A DNA stretch of 57,355 bases from IMG/VR virus record IMGVR_UViG_3300044648_000391, positions 1 to 57,355 of that record; one strand, written 5' to 3'. This DNA is from a virus (lineage: Duplodnaviria; Caudoviricetes). The notes beneath the pieces were generated by a model. It saw only the letters and a list, made by a program, of their open reading frames with translations, searched no databases and was not told the DNA's origin. Made by a program: the position numbers and the translations under genes. Shown piece after piece: positions 1-9,222 of the stretch (the first letter of the stretch is position 1; each line of letters begins with the position of its first letter).

Positions 1-127
1 GCCCCTACCAGGCTCGATAAGCTATTCAACGACTTCTGGACAGCCTATCCAAACAAAAAGTCCAAAGGCGAAGCGCGTGATGCCTTCCCTAAAGCCCTCT
101 CGGAAGCAGGCTCCCTAGATGCCCTTC
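1..127. repeat. Terminal direct repeat, left copy (circularisation overlap)
   Basis: 1-127 is identical to 57229-57355, and an ORF reads through the join. Confidence 0.97.
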
Positions 128-432
128 TAGAGGCCATAAAGCTACAATCCGAGGAAATGGCCCAAAAACTGTCACTAGGCGTTTTTTGCCCAGAGTGGCC
201 ACATGCACATAGGTGGCTTAAGAAAAAGCGATGGCTGGACGAAATGGAGCCTTCTGAGGGCATCAAAAAGCGCGCCGAGAGAAATACACCCAAAAGTTTC
301 CGCCAGCAGGATGAAGAAAGACGCAATAAAGCCATGATGGCCAATTTCAAAACCACCGACATTGACGAGCTGCTAGCCGAAATTGAAGCCGAGGAAAAAC
401 TACGCAAGGAGAAAGAAGATGCACAAGTTTGA
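1..432 (+). CDS. Phage replication initiator, C-terminal part (continues from 56614 across the join; about 348 aa in total)
   Basis: Frame 1 reads APTRLDKLFNDFWTAYPNKKSKGEARDAF, an FxxFWxxYPxKxxK motif of phage replisome organisers; in frame with 157..432. Confidence 0.85.
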   Translation, partial: APTRLDKLFNDFWTAYPNKKSKGEARDAFPKALSEAGSLDALLEAIKLQSEEMAQKLSLGVFCPEWPHAHRWLKKKRWLDEMEPSEGIKKRAERNTPKSFRQQDEERRNKAMMANFKTTDIDELLAEIEAEEKLRKEKEDAQV

Positions 433-910
433 AATACTAATACCCGAGATTAAGTCAACCAAAATCCAAGAACTGCTAAAATACAATCCGCTCATCGGCA
501 GTCTCCCACCCACCGAGCAAAAACTCTTGGTCGTTATGGCCATTAAAAAGCTGAACGCTTACTACAACTACAATGTTATCAACATGGATGACATAGATGC
601 TAAAGAAGCAAAGATGCCGGTTTGGCTGGGAGGATTAGCCGGCATTAGTGTACGCAGCTTATTTGCGGGGCTAATTGCGTGTATCACCTGCCAGACAGAA
701 TATGTGGACACACCACCCCCCAACGTGATTTCGTTTCGCAAAATATGTGTAGTCGCAAACATGCCAGAAGGACTCGTGGAATCCCCACCCCTTCCAAAGC
801 CCGTAAAATCTTCTATGACGCCAGAAGAACGCATCAAAGTCATGAAAGGCATCCTGCCTATGCAAATGTGGCCCAGGAGTTGGCGGACCGAACATGCACA
901 AATTTCCTGA
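419..910 (+). CDS. Putative lambda P-like helicase loader
   Basis: Directly follows the initiator; W..GL..G...C and PPxxxxFRxxC pattern; ATG at 419. Confidence 0.5.
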   Translation: MHKFEILIPEIKSTKIQELLKYNPLIGSLPPTEQKLLVVMAIKKLNAYYNYNVINMDDIDAKEAKMPVWLGGLAGISVRSLFAGLIACITCQTEYVDTPPPNVISFRKICVVANMPEGLVESPPLPKPVKSSMTPEERIKVMKGILPMQMWPRSWRTEHAQIS

Positions 911-959
911 ATGTGGTATAGTCAGGGGATTATGTATTTAATTTATCTGACTTAAAGGA

Positions 960-1676
960 ATGGAAATGAAGAGTATATTTTTGGGCGTAATGCTCGCTGT
1001 AGGGATATTGTTAAGTTTTTATGCGAGCAGTATGCCGTTGAACGAGATGGTTGATGTGTATGTTGGGGGTGATGCACAGATTAGACGTATGGGTTTTAAG
1101 GGGGGGTATGGTGAGAATCTTTTAAACAAGCATTCGCCTCAAGGAAACATTTATGGCGGTGTTAACTTGAATGAGAATTTTGCGCTTGAGGCAGGCTATG
1201 AATCAACGATTTCCAGGAGCAAGACGGTTGTTCTTGTGAATGGGCAGGTTGTTAATGGGATGCATGTCCCCCCGCATCTTTCGCCGATTGTTTTAAAGAG
1301 TAAGTCTAAAATTAAAGGATTTCACTTTGATTTGTTAGGTTTTTATGATTTAAGCGAAACTTCCCCTTGGCGGATTTTTGCGTCCTTAGGTTTTTGTGAG
1401 ATGAAAGGAACCGTTGAGCGCGTAACCCTTGCTGCGGGTCCACATGGCGCACCAGGACGTACAAGAACGTTTTGTAAACGTCATACAGCCTTAAGGTTGG
1501 GTACAGGAATGCAGTATAGGTTAAACGAATGCTTGTCATTTAGAGGCTCTGTCAACATGGTTAGAACGGGCAAGATGACTATTAATGTGAGTGATGCACA
1601 TCAAAGCATCCATGTGCCTGTTTTTAAGCCAAGAGATAGCTTAGTATTTGGCGTAGGTGCGCTTTATAATTTTTAA
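960..1676 (+). CDS. Outer-membrane beta-barrel protein (OmpA-like transmembrane domain)
   Basis: Signal peptide, YGGVNLNENFALEAGY, LRLGTGMQYRL, C-terminal FGVGALYNF with terminal Phe. Confidence 0.8.
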   Translation: MEMKSIFLGVMLAVGILLSFYASSMPLNEMVDVYVGGDAQIRRMGFKGGYGENLLNKHSPQGNIYGGVNLNENFALEAGYESTISRSKTVVLVNGQVVNGMHVPPHLSPIVLKSKSKIKGFHFDLLGFYDLSETSPWRIFASLGFCEMKGTVERVTLAAGPHGAPGRTRTFCKRHTALRLGTGMQYRLNECLSFRGSVNMVRTGKMTINVSDAHQSIHVPVFKPRDSLVFGVGALYNF

Positions 1677-1678
1677 GT

Positions 1679-1754
1679 GCTAGTGAAGCTCAATTGGTCG
1701 AGCGTTGTCTTGATAAGGCAAAGGAAGTAGGTTCGAATCCTACCGCTAGCACCA
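1679..1754 (+). tRNA. tRNA-Ile(GAT)
   Basis: Cloverleaf: GCTAGTG/CGCTAGC, loop TTGATAA, GGTTCGAATCC, encoded CCA. Confidence 0.93.
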
Positions 1755-1940
1755 CTATGGCACATCTTCTAAATGAATTTCGCATAAAGAATAATTAACT
1801 GACAGGTCGTAATTCAGAGAGGTAATAAGCCTAAATAAACGACCGTCAGATGTTTGAAAAAATTGACCATAAGTATCCCCTTTAAAAGGGGGGTAAACTC
1901 TTGGTAGTTTTTCTTCGTATCCTACAATTTTTTTCTTCAT
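1755..1940 (-). CDS. Hypothetical protein
   Basis: Last ORF of a leftward run; stop abuts tRNA-Ile. Confidence 0.5.
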   Translation of the reverse strand: MKKKIVGYEEKLPRVYPPFKGDTYGQFFQTSDGRLFRLITSLNYDLSVNYSLCEIHLEDVP

Positions 1941-1941
1941 A

Positions 1942-2292
1942 TTAATGCAGCTTGCTTTTGTCGATAGGTTCATCATCACTGTCGCTTACTGGTCTCACAC
2001 TTTTGACCTCTGAGCTAAAATGATGAGCGGTAGGATCTTTGATGATTTCGTCTACTTCTTCGTCTGATAGGCTGTATTTGACATTAAAGGCAAGATTTAG
2101 CTTTGTAGAAGCAAGCGCTGACAGCACTCTTTTTAATAGAGTTTTACTTATATTCCCAGATTTATAAGTCATAACGGTCGCTATTTTGAATGCATCAGCA
2201 GCTTGCGTTAAGACGTCTGCTTGTCTTTCAGCAAAAATGCTGAGCACCTTATTGAAATTTTCTTCGTTGTCGTCTATAAAATCATCTTTCAT
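1942..2292 (-). CDS. Hypothetical protein
   Basis: 116 aa ORF in a packed leftward operon. Confidence 0.65.
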   Translation of the reverse strand: MKDDFIDDNEENFNKVLSIFAERQADVLTQAADAFKIATVMTYKSGNISKTLLKRVLSALASTKLNLAFNVKYSLSDEEVDEIIKDPTAHHFSSEVKSVRPVSDSDDEPIDKSKLH

Positions 2293-2464
2293 TGTTTACT
2301 TGCCTCTTGTCTGTACTCGTCAATATAGTCCTGTAAGTTTACTTTTACCAGCTTAAACTTACATGGATCGTATCTTTCAAACTCTATCTCGCCTGTCTTC
2401 AGGTTAAGACAGAAGTGACCATGTATTTGGTGGTCTAGTGCTTGAATACTGCTGTCAGGTAGGT

Positions 2465-2797
2465 TCATTTTTCCTCCATGATTTTTGCTAATTCTTGAAC
2501 TAATTTATTGGGTATATCCAAATGCTTCACTAACCCACAAAATTCACAAGGTATGTAAACTGTTGTCCGGGGACCCTCAAAATATTTTTTATATGTAAAA
2601 TAAGGTTTATTCAGATAATGCGTTTTACCAGATTGGCGCGCGCTGCATCCCTTAAAACCTTCCTCAAAGTAAGCATCTGATATCTCACGCATCAACGATT
2701 TTAACTTTCCTTCTGAAACCTCTTGTTTCTCTTTCTCAATTTCCTCTTTAGACATAACACCTTGATTATCAAAATATTCCTTTAAAAACTCACTCAT
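2465..2797 (-). CDS. Hypothetical protein with CxxC
   Basis: 110 aa ORF with purine-rich RBS. Confidence 0.6.
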   Translation of the reverse strand: MSEFLKEYFDNQGVMSKEEIEKEKQEVSEGKLKSLMREISDAYFEEGFKGCSARQSGKTHYLNKPYFTYKKYFEGPRTTVYIPCEFCGLVKHLDIPNKLVQELAKIMEEK

Positions 2798-3124
2798 TTT
2801 TTGTCCCCCTCGTTGTTAGACCATTTTTTAAGCATTTCCGCGATACCCATATGATTTATGAGATTTTGGTTATCAATAGCAGCTAAACGTTTTTGCCGTT
2901 TCTTTAGCGTTCTAATGGGATGAATACCCCTGTATTCGTACAAGTATACAATGTTCATTCTTTTTCCCCTAGTATTATCTCAAGGTTTTCCAGTCTTTTT
3001 ATCATCTTATTTTCTAGGCTTTTAACCGACTCTTGTAGTTCTACCACTGCGTCCATCACGTATGACATTGTGGCTTGATAATCCTTAACATCTAAACTCA
3101 TATTGTGAAAATCTAACATTTACG

Positions 3125-3664
3125 TTACTCCTTTGTGTTTAAGTCATCTATTGCATGAGATACAATATCGATTTGATTTTTAAGGGCTTCTAACTGCGAT
3201 TTAAGAAGGTTTGTTAATACCTTCCTGTTTTTTATATTTGCTGATTCTTCTTTGAGTACCGTGTAAACGTTAGTTTCTGGTTTGTCGGGGGCGTAGTAGT
3301 TTATAAAGCATTTCAAGTCACCTCTATACACGATTTTCCAGTAACTATTAAATTCATCATCATATTTAGAGCAATAGGCGGTAAGGATAATATCATTTTC
3401 ATCTTTATGGGGATTAGGCTCAATAGTTACGTGATATCGATATTTGGTATCTAAGTGGGACTCATGGTTATTGGTCTCCTCGGCAGCTTCGTTAGCTTTT
3501 TGAAAGCTCCAAGATAACGGACCGGTAACCCTCATTTGGACCTTAAGCATCTCCTTAAAGTATTGTGCTGCGCCTGCCAAATACCCATCATGATGAATAT
3601 AAAAGCAGTCGTGGATTGTTCCTTCTGGATTAGCGGGTAGTGAATAAGTTGCCCTAGTTGACAT
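3125..3664 (-). CDS. Hypothetical phage protein (MSTRATY...YIHHDGY N-terminus)
   Basis: 179 aa, GGAGG RBS. Confidence 0.7.
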   Translation of the reverse strand: MSTRATYSLPANPEGTIHDCFYIHHDGYLAGAAQYFKEMLKVQMRVTGPLSWSFQKANEAAEETNNHESHLDTKYRYHVTIEPNPHKDENDIILTAYCSKYDDEFNSYWKIVYRGDLKCFINYYAPDKPETNVYTVLKEESANIKNRKVLTNLLKSQLEALKNQIDIVSHAIDDLNTKE

Positions 3665-3869
3665 GTTTGACCTCCATTGTTTCCATTGTTAGGGCTATTT
3701 GGTCCCTGATATTCCAATATGCATGGGGGTTAAATCGCTCTAGCAAATATTCTTCGAATCTGCATATACAATCCCATGAAAGATTTTGACGCACCTCTTT
3801 TCTATGTTCTTGAAGTAACTTTTTAACACCTTCGTTCATTTTTAAACCCTCCCGAAACCTGTCGGCCAC
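3654..3869 (-). CDS. Hypothetical protein
   Basis: Short ORF overlapping the next gene. Confidence 0.5.
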   Translation of the reverse strand: MADRFREGLKMNEGVKKLLQEHRKEVRQNLSWDCICRFEEYLLERFNPHAYWNIRDQIALTMETMEVKHVN

Positions 3870-4222
3870 ACAAAAGATTCCATATAAACATGTAATCGTT
3901 TGGCATTTATTTTTTGAGCCTCACACCCACCAAATCTATTTATTAGATAAAAGGCATATCGGTTTTTGTACTTCTTCATTAACTTGGCTAAGTTCTTGTT
4001 CGTCATCTTTAACCCTCCCATTTGGTTGCTATAGGGTTATGATAATTGCATATACAACTATTGTCAAGCTTTTTTTTAAAATAATTTGCAATTAATTACT
4101 TAGCTGTTATACTACGTAACTTGTAGATAGTAATATGTTAAACAGGATTGTTCTAACGTGCTATCACAATGAATGTTTGGGGCCGTTATGGTTCCCTGCT
4201 TAGTATCTGCAAAGGAGTGCGT

Positions 4223-4729
4223 ATGTCGGAAGAAAATAGGGGCCGATGGCAGAAAGGAGAGTCTGGTAATCCGTTTGGCAGGAGGCCTGCGGTTAATCCA
4301 TTTAGGGCGATTTGTCAGACATATTCGCAGGAAGCGTTTAACAAGTTATGGAAGATGGTCGACGATGTTATGATACACGAAGCGGTACGATTTCAAGCAT
4401 TAAGGCTTATCGTAGAACAAGCTTGGGGGCGCGCACCGCAATCCATGGAAGTGAAGGTGCAAGAGCGTGTATTACCGTCGATGTTAACAACGGAGCAGTT
4501 AAAGCTAGCGATAGCGGGCCAAACCAAGGAGTTGGTATGCAGCCTGATGGAGACAGGGAAGCTCGAGGAATACACTAAAAAGGATGGTGAAACAGACGAA
4601 TTGCTGCTAGAGCATTTAGGTACTGTTGATAACCATGGAATGGAAGACGAACACAAGCCAGTGGAAAAGGCGATTGTGGCGAAGGAAAAAGCCAAGAAAG
4701 TAGTAAGGACAGGGAAGCGTAAGAAATAA
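4223..4729 (+). CDS. DUF5681-like protein, probable terminase small subunit
   Basis: GRWQKGESGNPFGRR motif and helical domain ending AWGRAPQ; AAGGAG RBS before ATG 4223. Confidence 0.6.
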   Translation: MSEENRGRWQKGESGNPFGRRPAVNPFRAICQTYSQEAFNKLWKMVDDVMIHEAVRFQALRLIVEQAWGRAPQSMEVKVQERVLPSMLTTEQLKLAIAGQTKELVCSLMETGKLEEYTKKDGETDELLLEHLGTVDNHGMEDEHKPVEKAIVAKEKAKKVVRTGKRKK

Positions 4730-4754
4730 GCCAAGGATGGCTTACCGGTTTTTG

Positions 4755-4831
4755 GTTGGGGGTAGTTCAGTTGGCAGAACCCCGGGTTGTGATTTCGGTA
4801 GTCGCGGGTTCGAGTCCCGTCCCTCACCCCA
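4755..4831 (+). tRNA. tRNA-His(GTG)
   Basis: Loop TTGTGAT, G-1:C73, encoded CCA; U1-C72 mismatch. Confidence 0.9.
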
Positions 4832-4907
4832 TGTTAATTGTTGTGTAAAGCAAAAGCCGATTTAGTTTACGCTAGGCGATTTGTGTAAGGTATAGGAGCT
4901 GTAACGA

Positions 4908-5294
4908 ATGTCACGTTTCTTTAAGTTTAAAAATAAAGACCAAAAGCCTGTCAAGGAAATACTTAGGACATTCGAAAGCGATTATTATACTTTATTTAGT
5001 TGGTACGCATATGTTCCGCTTTATACCATCCACCCATGTGATAAATTTTATGCTCATCGATATACTACTCCTATGTTACGTGGCGAAGATTTTTTTGTTG
5101 TAAAATGCGAATGCCCGCATATTATTGATTTTATAGAGCATCATTCATGGGATCAGTTGGATATAGATCCGCCCATTGATTTAGGACAACCTGGCAAAGT
5201 AGAAGAGTTCGAAGTAGAGCTTGGTAATGCTGTCATATCGGATGGTATAGCGATAGTAGAGGTAAAGCATAGGAGCAGCAATGAGACTAATTGA
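4908..5294 (+). CDS. Hypothetical protein
   Basis: 128 aa, AGGAG RBS. Confidence 0.6.
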   Translation: MSRFFKFKNKDQKPVKEILRTFESDYYTLFSWYAYVPLYTIHPCDKFYAHRYTTPMLRGEDFFVVKCECPHIIDFIEHHSWDQLDIDPPIDLGQPGKVEEFEVELGNAVISDGIAIVEVKHRSSNETN

Positions 5295-5531
5295 TGTAAT
5301 TAGGTCACTAAATAAAATAATAATGGATAACTGGGATCGAGATATTGATTATGTAGAAGTTAAGTATAAAGATGGTGGTCGCTCTGTCCTAACGCCGGTG
5401 GAAGCTGAAGAGAGCGACAATGGTTAACTTTCAGCCGTGCGATAAATGCAAAGATTTTGACCATACAAAGTATTATATGCCTACCTTAGAATCAGATATC
5501 TGCGCGCTATGCCCAAAATCGGATACGGTTT

Positions 5532-6236
5532 TTGCAAAAGAATATAGGGACTTGTGCAAGAATGTGTAGCGAAGAGCATAGGTCCCCTATGGAAAGGTGG
5601 TTTTATTGGCTAAATGCGTGGGCTAAAAAAGAACATGAAAAGCAATTAAAGGAGCAAGTAAAAATGAAAGACAATGAGACAGTAGGCGCGAGCCATGACG
5701 GTGCACCAGCGGTTAACTATCGGCCTGAGGACCAACCATGCTGTACTTCTAGGGGAGGCCCATACCAACTGTTGGGCGAGAACCTTCAAGCCAGGTGGGG
5801 AAGCCTTCAAGCAGATGAATACGCAAGGATATGCGCGGGAAAACCTCTACTAACGCCAGAAGAGAAAGCAGTTAGAGAGACAGAAAAAATAATAGCCCAG
5901 AGACGTATATTAGAAGAACACGAACAATTAGAAAGAGCAAGGGAAGAAAGCCTTAAAAAAGATATCAAGGGCGTCAAATGTGTAACTACGGCTGTTTCTT
6001 TTGGTTATAGACCACATGAAGAAGGTGGTGATGTTAATAGTAGTAGCTTAATGATAACTCTTAGAAGAGATAGGCATCTTAATTGGGGGTGTGAAGGCCC
6101 AGAACCCGTGTATACGCTGACTGTTAACAATTCCCTCGAGTCTGATGACCACCAACATCATCACCAGCAGCTTGTGTGTACGAAACTTACGCATAGCGAG
6201 AAAGAAGACCTTGTACGCATGTTGTCATCTATTTAA
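5532..6236 (+). CDS. Hypothetical protein (true start possibly ATG 5664)
   Basis: Long ORF; AAGGAG precedes the internal MKDNE start. Confidence 0.6.
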   Translation: MQKNIGTCARMCSEEHRSPMERWFYWLNAWAKKEHEKQLKEQVKMKDNETVGASHDGAPAVNYRPEDQPCCTSRGGPYQLLGENLQARWGSLQADEYARICAGKPLLTPEEKAVRETEKIIAQRRILEEHEQLERAREESLKKDIKGVKCVTTAVSFGYRPHEEGGDVNSSSLMITLRRDRHLNWGCEGPEPVYTLTVNNSLESDDHQHHHQQLVCTKLTHSEKEDLVRMLSSI

Positions 6237-6252
6237 TTTATAGGGGCAAGTA

Positions 6253-6462
6253 GTGAAGCTTTCAGATTTAGTGGGCGCAATTGAATACGAAATAAAACGA
6301 TATGGTGATATAGATGTCGATCGATTAACTATTGAATATGTAGACAAAGAAATATCGCCTGCTACATTTCATCCGGTTTTCTGGGATTTTAAAGGATGCG
6401 GTTCAAAGTTATTAGAGAAGTTGCAACAAGAGATTAGTGAATACGATGGCCATACCTCTTAA
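6253..6462 (+). CDS. Hypothetical protein
   Basis: 69 aa; resembles the unlisted ORF starting at 5281 (MRLIDVIRSL...DIDYVEVKYKD). Confidence 0.5.
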   Translation: MKLSDLVGAIEYEIKRYGDIDVDRLTIEYVDKEISPATFHPVFWDFKGCGSKLLEKLQQEISEYDGHTS

Positions 6463-6895
6463 AGACTGGATAAAATTAGTTAGACCGGGGGCTGTAGATT
6501 TATTTATGAATATTTTGAATAAAGAAAAAACAGAAACTGTCAAGCTAACTGAATTTGGCAAAACACTTCGCAAAGCGCGTATTGATATCGGGACAACGTT
6601 AACGTCAATGGCAGCTGAAATAGGTGTTTCGCAAGGCTTTCTTTCTAGCGTTGAGATTGGAAAAAAGAAAATATCATTTAATTTAATTAATAAGATAGAA
6701 GCTTATTTCCTAAGGTTTAATGTATCGCCGGCAGAGCTTAATATTAGGAGGTTGGCTGCCGTTAGTAATAAATTAATAGATATAGATGGTCTATCATTTG
6801 AGCAGCAGCTATTAATTGCCGAATTTGCAAGCAAGCAAAGAAGTATGGCCTTGTTGAAAAAGATTGCGGAATTGTTAGACATAACGTATATGTAG
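6437..6895 (+). CDS. XRE-family helix-turn-helix regulator
   Basis: FGKTLRKARIDIGTTLTSMAAEIGVSQGFLSSVEIGKK. Confidence 0.85.
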   Translation: MNTMAIPLKDWIKLVRPGAVDLFMNILNKEKTETVKLTEFGKTLRKARIDIGTTLTSMAAEIGVSQGFLSSVEIGKKKISFNLINKIEAYFLRFNVSPAELNIRRLAAVSNKLIDIDGLSFEQQLLIAEFASKQRSMALLKKIAELLDITYM

Positions 6896-6901
6896 AATCA
6901 C

Positions 6902-7099
6902 GGAGCCAAGTGCGCGGACGATGACGCGCTATACCTTGGGGAGTGGTAAAGTAGATGAGGTGGGAAGCTGTGTGCCTACCAAGAGACCGCCGAGAGTTGG
7001 CAGAGATGCACAGTCTTTGCTAACTTGTAAACTCTTTGGCTAGCAGCCAATAAAATCGGAAAATTCTACGGCCCGGTTCAATTCCGGGATGGCTCCACC
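6902..7099 (+). ncRNA. Long tRNA-like structured RNA, copy A
   Basis: GGAGCCA/TGGCTCC acceptor plus ACC; T-arm CCCGG-TTCAATT-CCGGG; internal 12-bp stem; no ORF. Confidence 0.75.
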
Positions 7100-7158
7100 T
7101 TATACACTGTAACGACATATCGTAACAACATGTCGACAGAAGCAGGAAGTACCGACAC

Positions 7159-7542
7159 ATGAGAAAGATTGCTATTAGAAAGATACTGGAAGAGGCATAT
7201 GAATTGCGTGCGATATTTAGTCATTACAAACGAATAAAGACTGCGTATCATCAATATGCACTAGACATGCAAAACAAGAGTGTGGCGTTGTCATCCCATA
7301 ACTATCAATACTACGTAGCAGATGCGCGAGAATTCGTATTGGTAAAACCAAGGTTTAAGAATAACGAATATGTTCACGAATTCCTATCAAAGGACCTTGA
7401 TGTAAGCTGTGACGAGCTGTTAACAAAAACCAAGCTAATTGAGGCGAAGATATCCAGGGATATGCGGTATGCTAAGTTTGACGGAGCTGCGGGCAATATT
7501 ATTCAGGCATTGGAGGAGATTAGGTTGTTATGGAAAGAGTAG
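7159..7542 (+). CDS. Hypothetical protein
   Basis: 127 aa ORF. Confidence 0.6.
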   Translation: MRKIAIRKILEEAYELRAIFSHYKRIKTAYHQYALDMQNKSVALSSHNYQYYVADAREFVLVKPRFKNNEYVHEFLSKDLDVSCDELLTKTKLIEAKISRDMRYAKFDGAAGNIIQALEEIRLLWKE

Positions 7543-7570
7543 TGAACTATTTATTTACGTGCGGTAATCC

Positions 7571-7723
7571 ATGAATTTCATAATTACTAACATAATCGGC
7601 ATCATATTCTGGTCCATATTCTTAGGGGTTTGCGATAAATTTGGTGTTGACAAACAAAGCGTTTATATAGGAGCTATAGCCGGTACTTTATCCACATTGC
7701 TTTTGTGGTGGGTAAACGAGTAG
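7571..7723 (+). CDS. Small membrane protein (50 aa, absent from ORF track)
   Basis: MNFIITNIIGIIFWSIFLGVC...IGAIAGTLSTLLLWWVNE, two hydrophobic segments. Confidence 0.5.
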   Translation: MNFIITNIIGIIFWSIFLGVCDKFGVDKQSVYIGAIAGTLSTLLLWWVNE

Positions 7724-7726
7724 AAT
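7697..7726 (+). promoter_or_regulatory. Putative sigma70 promoter
   Basis: TTGCTT-18 nt-TAGAAT just before a structured region. Confidence 0.4.
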
Positions 7727-7734
7727 GCATCTGC

Positions 7735-8085
7735 ACCCTGAACACTAGATGTCCAGACCGTCAAGACCTGTCGGGCAACGCTATTCTGGAAGCGTAAGGT
7801 GATGCTCGTTCATGTAGTTTTGTTCAGACGTTAGCTACAAGGCGCTTATCTTAATCTGGTATTGAAATAAGATAAGTGAGTACGCGGTTTCAAAGTTTAG
7901 TGTTCGGGGTTTATTCTCACCAATACTTGCATAATCAACTACAATGCAATACAATCTATTTGTCTTGGGTATTATGTTTGCTTGCAATCGAGAAGTTAAA
8001 CACCTCAGCGCCACAGGTAGGTTTAATATTCAGGGCTAACAAGTGGCGGGGTAGGTTACGCATATTTCCTTACCCAGCTGCTTTT
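7735..8085 (+). ncRNA. Candidate large structured RNA
   Basis: 16-bp stem 7735-7750/7895-7910 enclosing three hairpins; terminator-like 3' end. Confidence 0.55.
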
Positions 8086-8102
8086 TAAAATCAGGAGGCG
8101 TT

Positions 8103-8651
8103 ATGTTATCTTTTTTAAAGAAAATCTTACGTGAAGCGTGTAGGCGTTGTAAGTGCGAGGATAGTGATGGTCAAGAGTATAGTTATCTTGATGATTATTT
8201 ACGGTTTGGTGTTAAGAGAGAGTTAAGCGAAACGTCTTTGACATTTGGTAGGTATATAGGGAAAGCAGAAAATTTTAATTTTGAGACTGGGGAGTGTGAG
8301 TTTTCAGACGTTTATTGCTATTTAGGTGCTTTAGATTATCACAATTGCAGTGTTAAACCTGCGGTTGTTTTTTATGTGGGAGATAATAAAAAATTTGCGG
8401 GTGAATCCAAAGAGACTATTACATCTATTGGACCTATAGAAGAATCAGATAGAGATAAGCTGCATAGAGCCATGCAGGTTGCTAAGGAGCGCTACGAAAG
8501 TCAGGATAGGAAAGTTCTTATTAATGAGTCAAAGGCGATGTTGGCAGATGCTGAAATTACTCTAAGCCAAATAAATAAAGCATGCGTAGGGAAGGTAGCA
8601 AGTCTAGATTCAGAAAATAACCATAAGCCTAAGAAAAAGGGAAGTAAATAA
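8103..8651 (+). CDS. Hypothetical protein
   Basis: 182 aa, AGGAGG RBS. Confidence 0.65.
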   Translation: MLSFLKKILREACRRCKCEDSDGQEYSYLDDYLRFGVKRELSETSLTFGRYIGKAENFNFETGECEFSDVYCYLGALDYHNCSVKPAVVFYVGDNKKFAGESKETITSIGPIEESDRDKLHRAMQVAKERYESQDRKVLINESKAMLADAEITLSQINKACVGKVASLDSENNHKPKKKGSK

Positions 8652-8717
8652 ATTGATTTCTTGTACAACAATCATGTTAAGATAGGTTGTCTTTAATTAA
8701 CATTTAGGAGCAACAAC

Positions 8718-9170
8718 ATGAAATTGAAACCTACGTTAACTGGAATATTGTTATTCTCAAACGCTGCTGCATATACGGGTATAAATAAGGATAATTATAA
8801 AGAAAAATTATGCGGACCTGATTTGTTTGTAGTTACAAATCCTGAGCATCCGCCTAGGGGCCGTCATTCTCTTAGCGGGGCTGATGCTGATAACTTTAGA
8901 ACAATTGAGTTTAATTACGCTCAGTATTGTACTAAATTGGCTACTTACAACCGTATGCTTGATAAAAAGGAAAAGTGTGATTCAGAGCCTGAAGATTGCA
9001 CCCAGAAGGCATACATTCAAACACAAGTTGATAATGCTGGGATAGACTTAGCAAATACTTGCTTCCAGCTAGAGTCAAATAAAAAACGTAGCAAGCACAT
9101 GTGGGACGATATCATGATTAAGCGCAAGGAGTGCATTCATGTTACGCCCATAAGCACAGGTCCTAGGTAG
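8718..9170 (+). CDS. Cys-rich exported protein
   Basis: Signal peptide MKLKPTLTGILLFSNAAA, several Cys, AGGAG RBS. Confidence 0.65.
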   Translation: MKLKPTLTGILLFSNAAAYTGINKDNYKEKLCGPDLFVVTNPEHPPRGRHSLSGADADNFRTIEFNYAQYCTKLATYNRMLDKKEKCDSEPEDCTQKAYIQTQVDNAGIDLANTCFQLESNKKRSKHMWDDIMIKRKECIHVTPISTGPR

Positions 9171-9222
9171 TCCGTGAGTGACTTTTGGGCTGGATTTATT
9201 GTCTGCCTAATCTTGTCTCTAT

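Noticed and set aside
1-127. Biological terminal repeat
   Set aside because: 127 nt matches a common assembler k-mer and the repeat falls mid-gene, so it is best read as a circular overlap
2465-2797. ARQSGKT as a P-loop kinase (the missing Pnk) or terminase
   Set aside because: Only 110 aa with no Walker B or supporting fold
6902-7099. tmRNA, tRNA-Sec or intron-containing tRNA
   Set aside because: Too short for tmRNA, A3-U70 rather than G3-U70, and the CTA GCA GCC (LAA) run has no following stop; no TCA anticodon arm; the 5' part lacks canonical U8 and D-loop features, so removing an intron would not give a normal tRNA
7735-7910. 6S RNA
   Set aside because: Similar size, but multibranched rather than a rod with a central bubble
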